Shown here: in pieces, positions 1 through 7,653 of the stretch | Position numbering within the stretch: the stretch's first letter is position 1 | Layout of the letters: the number at the start of each line of letters is the position of its first letter | Origin: Nitrosopumilaceae archaeon | GTDB lineage: Archaea > Thermoproteota > Nitrososphaeria > Nitrososphaerales > Nitrosopumilaceae | Direction of reading: 5' to 3' | Assembly: GCA_965208905.1 (NCBI GenBank) | Contig: OZ242365.1 | Span: forward strand, 672,001-736,000 | DNA: 64,000 nucleotides | The notes under the pieces: model-generated | Seen by the model: the letters and a program-made list of their open reading frames with translations, nothing else | The model's database searches: none | Told to the model about the DNA's origin: nothing | Translations under genes and position numbers: made by a program

Positions 1-588
1 TGGCATCATAGATATATTGGATTTATGCCCCACTCGGCCCGAGACATACAACATGATGGCAGATGATGATGGCTGTCCTGACAGACCATCCCTGAGCCAA
101 GATCCTGACTCGGATGGAGTTGTAAACGGTGAAGACCTATGTCCTCTGCAACCTGAGGTGTACAACCTGTATCAGGATACAGACGGCTGCCCGGACTCTA
201 TAGATGAGACTGTGACACAATTTGTCTTTGCAGATGCTGACAATGATGGCATAGATGACCGCTGGGATACATGTGTCGATGAGGCTGAAAACCATAACGG
301 CTATCTGGACTGGGATGGATGTCCTGATGTGCCAGCAGCCGGCAGTGGTGGCCCGGGCAAGTTGGATTCAGACTCGGACGGGTACACTGATGATGTAGAT
401 ATGTGCCCCGTCAGTCCCGAAACCTGGAATAAATTTAACGATGCAGACGGCTGCCCAGATGTCCTACCCGAACAGTCTAGATTCGTTCACGATGGAGATT
501 TGGATGGTGTTCTGGATGAAGCCGATATGTGTCCTACTGCCCCGAAGACTATGACGGGGATGCAGATAATGACGGCTGCCCAGAATGA
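1..588 (+). CDS. Thrombospondin type-3 (Ca-binding) repeat protein, 5'-truncated by the window, with an apparent 1-nt frameshift at 540-543
   Basis: Repeated DxDxDG...D.CP..PE motifs. Adding one C to CCCC(540-543) restores APEDYDGDADNDGCPE* ending at TGA 586-588. Confidence 0.8.
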
Positions 589-1547
589 GATGCCAGCTGC
601 CCAACTTTGATGGCCGGGCATTTTTGGCCCCCATGGCTGGAGTCAGTGATCCCGCCCTACGACTACTCTGTCGCAAGTGGGGCGCATCCTTGGTGGTCAC
701 AGAGTTTACAAACATACACAGCATAGTAGCGCAGAACCAGATACTGCGCAAGTCTAATCAGAATATCTGTCAATTTATGCAGTACTCGGATTTGGAGCGA
801 CCTCTGTCGGTGCAGCTCTTTGGCTCAGATATTGATGTATTGTCCCAAGCTGTACGCATAGTGGAGCCATACTTTGACATTATAGACTATAATATGGGTT
901 GTCCGGCGCCACACATAACCCGACAGATGGCAGGCGCTGCACTTCTCCAACACGAATCTGTAACCCGACAGATATTCCGTACACTAGTAGAGTCGACAGA
1001 CAAACCTATAACACTCAAGATGCGCGCCGGCGTTACTGATGAAGACCGACATCTATTCCTAAATATCGCCGGTATTGCGCAGGATGAAGGCGTACAGATG
1101 ATCACACTCCACCCACGCACAGCATCTCAAGGGTACTCGGGTAGGTCAGATTGGTCACTAATAAGACTGCTCAAAGACAATGTGCGGATACCGGTCGTGG
1201 GGAATGGTGATATTACAACTCCGCAAGATGCGGCAAATATGATAGAGGAGACTGGTTGTGACTATATAATGATCGGGCGGGGCGCCATGGGAAATCCATT
1301 TCTGTTTCGGCAGATAAACGAGTATCTAAAGTCTGGCTCGTATGGAACATTTACAACCCATGACCGAATACAAGCATTCTTTGAGTACCTAAAGATGTCT
1401 GCGCAATACAAGATAAAACTCTCTTCTATAAAGTCACAGGCCATGAGATTCGTTAAGGGTGTTGATGGTGCGACACGCCTGCGTGAGATGATTACTGCCG
1501 CATCGTCTCTACGAGACCTTGCTGGAGTAATGAAATCAATATCATAG
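585..1547 (+). CDS. dus: tRNA-dihydrouridine synthase (Dus family)
   Basis: LAPMAGVSD, VQLFG, NMGCP, LHPRT, GNGDI and MIGRGAMGNP motifs. Confidence 0.95.
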   Translation: MRCQLPNFDGRAFLAPMAGVSDPALRLLCRKWGASLVVTEFTNIHSIVAQNQILRKSNQNICQFMQYSDLERPLSVQLFGSDIDVLSQAVRIVEPYFDIIDYNMGCPAPHITRQMAGAALLQHESVTRQIFRTLVESTDKPITLKMRAGVTDEDRHLFLNIAGIAQDEGVQMITLHPRTASQGYSGRSDWSLIRLLKDNVRIPVVGNGDITTPQDAANMIEETGCDYIMIGRGAMGNPFLFRQINEYLKSGSYGTFTTHDRIQAFFEYLKMSAQYKIKLSSIKSQAMRFVKGVDGATRLREMITAASSLRDLAGVMKSIS

Positions 1548-1587
1548 TTCTAGTTATGTGATGGTTTTTACTGATCACAAACATATG

Positions 1588-2199
1588 TCAATTATCATAT
1601 GTAAAGTCCATAATATATTCGACAGCGCCATGCGCAACCTGTATCGTGTGTTCGCCAGCAATCCAGCCGTCTTGACCCACCAATATTATGGTGGAATAGG
1701 AACCATCCGACCTTAAAGTGACATCTTCGGACCATACATTGTTGCTGTTACTATCAAGTATATTTACACGAGCAGCCTCCCCTATGTTATAATCAGACAT
1801 TCCTGTGATCAACATAAAGTCCCCTGTTTGATATGTACTTTGATCAATCTCCACATAACCTGATGGCGAACTCACAAGTGTGCCTGGCATCATCAATACA
1901 ACAGATGCTATCACTGCTACAGCAGCGACACCCAAGACTGCAGCCATCAGTGTTGTGCGGGATTTTTTGGGCTGTGAGGCTGTATCCACCTGTTTCACTG
2001 CAGATCTTTGTATTATCGGTGTGTCCATTTTAGGGACAGTAACAGCATGTTTCTCCATGAGGGATGCCACATATTGACGCTCATGATTACTGATTATCTC
2101 CCCATTTACACTGGCCCTATACACCTGCTCTAAAATACGCTTATCGCCAAGACCAAGCCCCAACAACATACGGGCATTTGCTCCTATGTTATCCTCCAT
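1588..2199 (-). CDS. Hypothetical membrane-anchored protein with a C-terminal Ig-like beta region
   Basis: 203-aa ORF with one central hydrophobic helix (AAVLGVAAVAVIASVVLMM). Confidence 0.7.
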   Translation of the reverse strand: MEDNIGANARMLLGLGLGDKRILEQVYRASVNGEIISNHERQYVASLMEKHAVTVPKMDTPIIQRSAVKQVDTASQPKKSRTTLMAAVLGVAAVAVIASVVLMMPGTLVSSPSGYVEIDQSTYQTGDFMLITGMSDYNIGEAARVNILDSNSNNVWSEDVTLRSDGSYSTIILVGQDGWIAGEHTIQVAHGAVEYIMDFTYDN

Positions 2200-2268
2200 A
2201 ATGCAGTATATGGCACAGAGTTATTTATGATTTCACGACTTGAAAACGCTGTGTAGTATACCGAAATC

Positions 2269-2646
2269 ATGCCGCGCCACATCTTGGCCGTCAGCACTAA
2301 ATCATTATACATGTCAGACTCTGATTCTTTGTTTCAATAGTCACCTTTGTAGAATGCCATCTATAAGGACAACTATTCTGTGGCAGGACTGGAAAACGGC
2401 AAGTATGCAATACTTGGTTCGGGTCTGGCGCTCCATGAAGACATTGATAGAGTCACTACATTTGATGAGTTAAAGATGATCATTCAGGCCGCCTTGTCTG
2501 ATGGTACAGTTCGGGACGAACTACCGGGCCCTAGACTATACACTATACTGTCTTCAACCACTTATTCGTGCAATCTCAACAAGTCATGTTACTATACAAA
2601 AAGACGAGACATGTCACTAACAATTTTGCCAACTGGGCTGATGTAG
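2269..2646 (+). pseudogene. Possible degraded ORF with two in-frame TAG stops
   Basis: ATG 2269 is in the same frame as ORF 2380-2646, interrupted by TAG at 2338 and 2350. Confidence 0.3.
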
Positions 2647-2742
2647 AGTTTGGACGGTACCTCCAATAGACACTAGTAAGTCCCATTCCTATGATATCTA
2701 TGAAAGATGTCGCAGTCTTGATGAATCTCCAATAACCACAAC

Positions 2743-2750
2743 TTTAAAAA
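2743..2750 (+). promoter_or_regulatory. Putative TATA box of the P-II gene
   Basis: TTTAAAAA 22-29 nt upstream of ATG 2772, consistent with a leaderless archaeal transcript. Confidence 0.45.
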
Positions 2751-2771
2751 GAACCTAGTCTAAATCATAAT

Positions 2772-3113
2772 ATGAAACGCATAGAAGCTATCGTTCAAGC
2801 GGACAAGCTGAAATCTGTTGTGGACGCACTCGAAGGAAAGGTAGGCGGATTTATAGCCTTTGATGGAAAAGGACGAGGATCCGGCGCTAGACCCACCGTT
2901 AGGATGGGAAGAGGTACAGGTACCATGAAGGCAGACTTCAATACGGTTGCCAGTATTGTATCGATAGTAGATGACTCTGATGTTAAAGCTGTCACAGATG
3001 CAATAACTGAGGCTGCTTATACTGGAACCGCTGGTGACGGAATAATTGTAATCTCTACCATAGACGATGTTGCGAATATCACTACTAAGAAAAAGGGATC
3101 AGAGGCCCTTTAA
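2772..3113 (+). CDS. glnB: Nitrogen regulatory protein P-II (GlnB/GlnK family)
   Basis: MKRIEAIV start, GKGRG, AYTGTAGDGIIVIS and C-terminal GSEAL; 113 aa. Confidence 0.93.
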   Translation: MKRIEAIVQADKLKSVVDALEGKVGGFIAFDGKGRGSGARPTVRMGRGTGTMKADFNTVASIVSIVDDSDVKAVTDAITEAAYTGTAGDGIIVISTIDDVANITTKKKGSEAL

Positions 3114-3270
3114 CTCCTTTTTATTAAATAGAATCGCCCCACGTATGAGGGGGGCACTACTGATCTTGGTATCTGCGCATTAGTAGATAAGCCACTATTC
3201 CAGAAACAATTGCGCCCATGGCTATCATATCGTACATACATACAGTATGATGGCACCCATTAAAAATTAT

Positions 3271-3294
3271 GGGAATTATAGTGATGGGTAGGAT
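3271..3294 (+). repeat. IS1595 terminal inverted repeat (cargo-side end)
   Basis: Reverse complement of 5378-5401 with one mismatch. Confidence 0.92.
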
Positions 3295-3691
3295 CATTTA
3301 ATAATCCCAAACGGTGTAGTATAGCAAATTCAGATCCAAGGAGGTGAACGGGTAAACAGGATGCAAAAAATGCGGTTTCATATGCAAGTGTGCGATTTAA
3401 TCATCAACCGAGGTGTCATGAATGTAAAAGGGAATGAAACCAATAGAATACACGATAGACACAGCCCGTGTATTTGAGGACATGCAGAATCAAACAGATG
3501 ACATCCACACAGCCCTACAAGTTTCATGACACCTCACCTTCCTTTATATTGTATATAGTGGTTTTGATCATTTAGATACCGTAGCATTATATGTCGCGTA
3601 TCGTATTGTACAATGCCATGCGGGTTTAGTAGAAACTTTCACTCGTAAATTCATTAACGATATCCGTATCATGGCCTCTGCGGGTATCATA

Positions 3692-3973
3692 TCATGTCTT
3701 ATAACGCATGTCCAAAACTCGCACTATACTATGTGTTATGTGCAGCATGGTTATCTTGCGTGGAGGCCGTGACTCAAATAAGGCCCTCTCAGACTCTAAA
3801 TCTTTGACTTTCTGCAACAATTCCTTCAAGTATGACATGGTTATATCGTCTGCCCGTAATTGATGTGTGTCTTTTGCCTTGTTGTATGTTGTCCCTCTGA
3901 ATGATGTTACTGTTTCTATGTTGTCCCTGGGATATTCTGGCAAATTCTCTAGTATGTCCCGTTCCAATGTCAT
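3692..3973 (-). CDS. Hypothetical passenger protein (93 aa) inside IS1595
   Basis: ATG-start ORF with TTTATA box (plus 3997-4002) 24-29 nt upstream; amphipathic segment YLKELLQKVKDLESE. Confidence 0.55.
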   Translation of the reverse strand: MTLERDILENLPEYPRDNIETVTSFRGTTYNKAKDTHQLRADDITMSYLKELLQKVKDLESERALFESRPPRKITMLHITHSIVRVLDMRYKT

Positions 3974-4322
3974 AATGCGAGTTGTATGACAGTCTGTATA
4001 AACTCTATCAATGTTTATAATACAACCACAAGGGCAATGATATGTCGCACGGGTTCATTAATGCTCGTTAAATCGTTGCTGCCGTCCATATTGCGACCTC
4101 TGTGGACGGCAAAATCTAAGATATAGCATTACATTTTTGTGATAAAGTTGGTTTACTATGTATTAACTTTGTACAACTAAATGCAAGTAAACATAGAGTT
4201 ATAACCATAATCTAAGTATATACAAACAATGGTATAACAGTTCCATGTTACTGCTTCAGATACCATGAGCGGTAACTGTCGCTGCCCCTGTAGATTGTGA
4301 GCTAGGGGCAGCATCATCCTTT

Positions 4323-4405
4323 GTCGTGGTGGTCTAGTCTGGTAGGGCGGCGGTCTCAAAAATCGCTCATTCACAATGGCGCAGGTTCAAATCCTGTCCA
4401 CGGCG
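4323..4405 (+). tRNA. Class II (long variable arm) tRNA, anticodon CAA (Leu) on a Ser-like body
   Basis: Acceptor GTCGTGG/CCACGGC plus G73; D-arm GTCT-AGTCTGGTA-GGGC; anticodon arm GCGGT-CTCAAAA-ATCGC (CAA at 4357-4359); variable arm T-CATT-CAC-AATG-G-C; T-arm GCAGG-TTCAAAT-CCTGT. Confidence 0.88.
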
Positions 4406-4415
4406 CACTAAACAT

Positions 4416-5366
4416 CTAACTTATCAGTTGCTCATATGTCAACCGCTTGCCAATCATGCCCCTTGCCAAACTTATCATCATGTCTTCAGTGTCTAGATTT
4501 CGTATGTTTAAACGGCCAGCAAACTCATTGACATACCTGTGCAGGTGCTTTGCCGACACATGATGGAATGTACCGTAATAGCCACGCTTTAACAAAGCCC
4601 AAAAGGATTCTATGCCGTTAGTGTGCGCCATGCCGTTGACATATTGACTTACCGAATGATTAACCACTTCGTGATTTGGTAAACTCTTGTATGCTCTATG
4701 CTCATCCGTATAATGGGTACTGCCCGACTTGACATTGTCTTTAATAAATTTGCCAAGTCGAGCAGATGTGGTCTCATTTACGGGTTCGGCTCTTATATCA
4801 CCTGTCTTTCTATCTTTGATACCTACAACTGCGGTTTTGTTTGCACCGCCTTGACTGTGGGGTTGTTTCTTTGTACTGTGTTTGTTCTTTTCCTTGCCAC
4901 CGATATAGGTCTCATCTATTTCGACTGGACCTTCCAGTTTGTCAATACCTGCCAATGTTTGCCATGATTCACGCAAACGCTGAACCATGAACCATGCTGA
5001 ACTTTGGGATATGCCTAAGTCTCTGTGTAGTTTCATTGATGATATACCCTTGACATTAGTCATAAACTGGTATGTTGCGATTGCCCAATGCTGGTATGAT
5101 ATTTTGGATTGTTGCATTACAGTGCCGACTTTGACTGAAAAATACGTTTTGCACTTACTACAATAGTATGGCATCTTTGGATGTTTACATTCTATGGTAT
5201 CATCATGTTTGCAGTTGGGACATTTACGGCCATCTCTCCATATGTGGCTTTCAAACCACTTCATGGATGTATGATTGTCTGGAAACATCTTTAGTAAATC
5301 TATTAGTGTGATTCCTTCCCTGTGTGATTTGCCTGGTGCTTGTTGCATGTAATACCTTAGATTCAT
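4416..5366 (-). CDS. IS1595-family DDE transposase
   Basis: N-terminal Zn ribbon (CPNC...CSKC), KGISS HTH region, EIDETYIGG, TDE, TNGIESFW, YVNEF. True start may be ATG 5348, given the TATA-like sequence at 5373-5378. Confidence 0.95.
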   Translation of the reverse strand: MNLRYYMQQAPGKSHREGITLIDLLKMFPDNHTSMKWFESHIWRDGRKCPNCKHDDTIECKHPKMPYYCSKCKTYFSVKVGTVMQQSKISYQHWAIATYQFMTNVKGISSMKLHRDLGISQSSAWFMVQRLRESWQTLAGIDKLEGPVEIDETYIGGKEKNKHSTKKQPHSQGGANKTAVVGIKDRKTGDIRAEPVNETTSARLGKFIKDNVKSGSTHYTDEHRAYKSLPNHEVVNHSVSQYVNGMAHTNGIESFWALLKRGYYGTFHHVSAKHLHRYVNEFAGRLNIRNLDTEDMMISLARGMIGKRLTYEQLIS

Positions 5367-5377
5367 AGGGCATATAA

Positions 5378-5401
5378 ATCCTATCCATCACTATAATTCC
5401 C
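5378..5401 (-). repeat. IS1595 terminal inverted repeat (transposase-proximal end)
   Basis: Partner of 3271-3294, followed by the AAAATTAT duplication. Confidence 0.92.
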
Positions 5402-5457
5402 AAAATTATCTATGTGTTGTATGCATGAAAAAAAGGTAGAACAGTGAGTTTGAGTAT

Positions 5458-5697
5458 CTATTCTTGTCCTTCTATGCCCATAAGGGTCAATGTAGAACGA
5501 ATTTTTGGTATCTTTCTTACTTTCCATGTTATGGTCTCTCGGAGCTTTTCAACCTGTTCTGACTCTACTTTGGCTAGTATGTCATAAGCACCAAATGTAC
5601 CGTGTACCTCAACTACGTCATTCATCTGTTTAAGTTCTGCAATTACGGACTCTTCTGACCCCAACTCACAATTTATCAATACATATGCAGTTGCCAT
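5458..5697 (-). CDS. Stand-alone Lrp/AsnC ligand-binding domain protein
   Basis: AYVLINCELG...EVHGTFGAYDILAKVE...IRSTLTL; 79 aa. Confidence 0.9.
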   Translation of the reverse strand: MATAYVLINCELGSEESVIAELKQMNDVVEVHGTFGAYDILAKVESEQVEKLRETITWKVRKIPKIRSTLTLMGIEGQE

Positions 5698-5789
5698 TAT
5701 ATCTTCATCTCCATATGGTTGATATCTACTTCAAATATAAAAGTCCTGTACAAGTGATTTTGGGAGTTATATACGAAAGTTGTATAACC

Positions 5790-6120
5790 GCTTCCAGTAC
5801 GATGCTTCATTATGCTCTTCTCATCGACGCGACGCATGAATTCACCGGTACAACTCTTGCGCATCATATAATTCATGTTCCGCTTGTGGTTTACACCATG
5901 TGTGGACATGCTCTTGATGCTAAGATGCTCAACGCCGTCAACATCCGCGCCCCGCATATTGTCAGTCTTTTTTCGGTTTCACCGGTGTGATGCGTACTGC
6001 TATGCGTAACTCAAACAGATGGCCTTTCAACTTTATACGGCGCGTCACATCGACCCACTGGAATGAGCGCATATCTGATGATTCATCTATTACGCGCTTG
6101 GTTTCAACCGTACTGTATCA
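5790..6120 (-). pseudogene. Internally deleted TnpB relic
   Basis: Fragments DMRSFQWVDVTRR..HLFELRIAVRI, MRGADV and VEHLSIKSMSTHGVNHKRNMN..GEFMRR align by eye to the TnpB at 56480-57832 (DMRSFKIVDVTKR..HMFELHIAVRV, MRGVDVG, VESFSVKDMTTHGGNYKRAMN..GEFLRK). Confidence 0.75.
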
Positions 6121-6177
6121 TCACCAAAACTTGTGTGGGTAAAACTTACAAGCGATCACATTACAAACATTTGTAAT

Positions 6178-6747
6178 CTACTCTTTTTGGTCGTATAACA
6201 TAAGGCCCTTCTCTTCTAGAATGGCATGTAGGTTGTGAACTGATCTATATACGTCACTCTCTTTTTTTGCACCCGTGCAGACTAGCTTGCCCGAGGCAAA
6301 GAGCAGTATTACCGTCTTTGGGTCTAACATCCTGTGTATCAACCCTGGAAATTGTTCTGGTTCGTACATACTTCGAGGTAACATTCGGGCGGACTTTTCC
6401 AAATGTATACGTCCACCCAAATTTATGGCGGCGACCATATTTTGTACAGTCACCACCGCATCTTTTTTTATATCTATGCCGCCTTTTCGGAGCCTCTGCA
6501 CTACTGTTCGTACAGCCTCTAAGGACATCTCTTCTGACTTTGCACCAGTACAGACCATCTTACCAGTACGAAATATCAGCGTAGCCGTCCGAGGATTATG
6601 CAGTCTAAAGACAAGTCCAGGAAACTGTTCTGGATTGTACTCTGTCTGAGGAAACTTGTCGTTTATCTCATTGAGATCTATACTTTGATCTACTGTAGCT
6701 GATGCAACTACGTTTTCTACGCTGACGTGAGGTTTTGTCTGTGCCAT
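6178..6747 (-). CDS. tbp: TATA-box binding protein
   Basis: Two TBP repeats (ENVVAS..YNPEQFPGL..LIFRTGKMVCTGAK; YEPEQFPGL..LFASGKLVCTGAK). Start placed at MAQTKP. Confidence 0.97.
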   Translation of the reverse strand: MAQTKPHVSVENVVASATVDQSIDLNEINDKFPQTEYNPEQFPGLVFRLHNPRTATLIFRTGKMVCTGAKSEEMSLEAVRTVVQRLRKGGIDIKKDAVVTVQNMVAAINLGGRIHLEKSARMLPRSMYEPEQFPGLIHRMLDPKTVILLFASGKLVCTGAKKESDVYRSVHNLHAILEEKGLMLYDQKE

Positions 6748-7206
6748 ACCTTGTTTGTATATTAACACCATTATATAGACAAATCTATTATTGCAGAGAT
6801 TTTCTCAAAGTTTATCGTAAAACTGGTTTTTTATATGACTTTATACGCAATTGGTCCCCCAAAGATCTAGACGTTGTGCATAGATGTAGGCTATGTACAT
6901 ATCTAGATTGGTCGTAAGGTCTACAAACCTACTGTGTATCATTTTGCACCATTCAAGAGGAACAACTGGACTGACAGACTATCTCTTGATGTGTAGATGG
7001 TTTATGGGCGGAACCTATAATCATACCGTTGTGGACGCACTCTTCTACACCGCCACTCTGACCATTATAGTAAACAAGGCGACCCCTTCACATATACAAT
7101 AAATGATATCACACACCACACTGCATCCATTAAATTCTGCATTGTATCATTTGAGGCAGCAACTAAGACTTCTATTACAAAACCACATAATCACAGATGT
7201 CTTTCA

Positions 7207-7653
7207 TCAATGTCTTCCTATGTGCTGATACCTGTAATGCTCATCAATAATATCTGATGTTATGACATCATCCGTGAATGATGGTGGATGTACCTCAAAG
7301 AGTCCTAGCTGTCCTCTTTTAGGAATGGGAACTGTAAACCGATGTGGTTCTTCCAGTAGAAAACCGTACTTTTTGCGCTCCAAACCATTCTGCGCCAGAT
7401 GTAGATGGAAGTCATCATTTATCTCGCTTATACTGTGATATCTTTTGACGCCCACCAATGAGACGCGACCCACTATGGCACCGGTGATGGGTTTGCTTAT
7501 TTGAAATCTTTGACACTCGCTTGTCATTATCTTTTGAGGCGCATGAATCAGTATCTCGCCACGATACTTGGTGTTCCATCCTCTCAAATCTATTCTCTTT
7601 AAACCGGATATGATTAATTCCGCAAACGGTTGCGAAACCGATAGGCACTTCAT
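7207..7653 (-). CDS. ASCH domain-containing protein
   Basis: LSVSQPFAELIISGLKRIDLR, YRGEILIHA, GAIVG, RGQLGLF. Confidence 0.9.
   Translation of the reverse strand: MKCLSVSQPFAELIISGLKRIDLRGWNTKYRGEILIHAPQKIMTSECQRFQISKPITGAIVGRVSLVGVKRYHSISEINDDFHLHLAQNGLERKKYGFLLEEPHRFTVPIPKRGQLGLFEVHPPSFTDDVITSDIIDEHYRYQHIGRH

Larger units (their letters stand above)
3271..5401 (-). mobile_element. IS1595-family element with passenger cargo (transposase, tRNA, orphan ORF)
   Basis: TIRs GGGAATTATAGTGATGGGTAGGAT (3271-3294) and ATCCTATCCATCACTATAATTCCC (5378-5401) are 23/24 complementary. Identical 8-bp AAAATTAT flanks at 3263-3270 and 5402-5409. Confidence 0.92.

Noticed and set aside
4323-4405. Reading the tRNA as tRNA-Sec (TCA) or an amber suppressor
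   Set aside because: The 7-nt loop CTCAAAA centres on CAA, and the fold is a standard 7/5 rather than the extended Sec acceptor arm.
4323-4415. tRNA as an integrase attachment site
   Set aside because: No duplicated tRNA 3' end and no integrase seen; the tRNA is internal to the TIR/TSD-bounded unit.
6780-7200. Short ORFs between tbp and the ASCH gene
   Set aside because: No recognisable motif; possibly decayed sequence, but not supportable.
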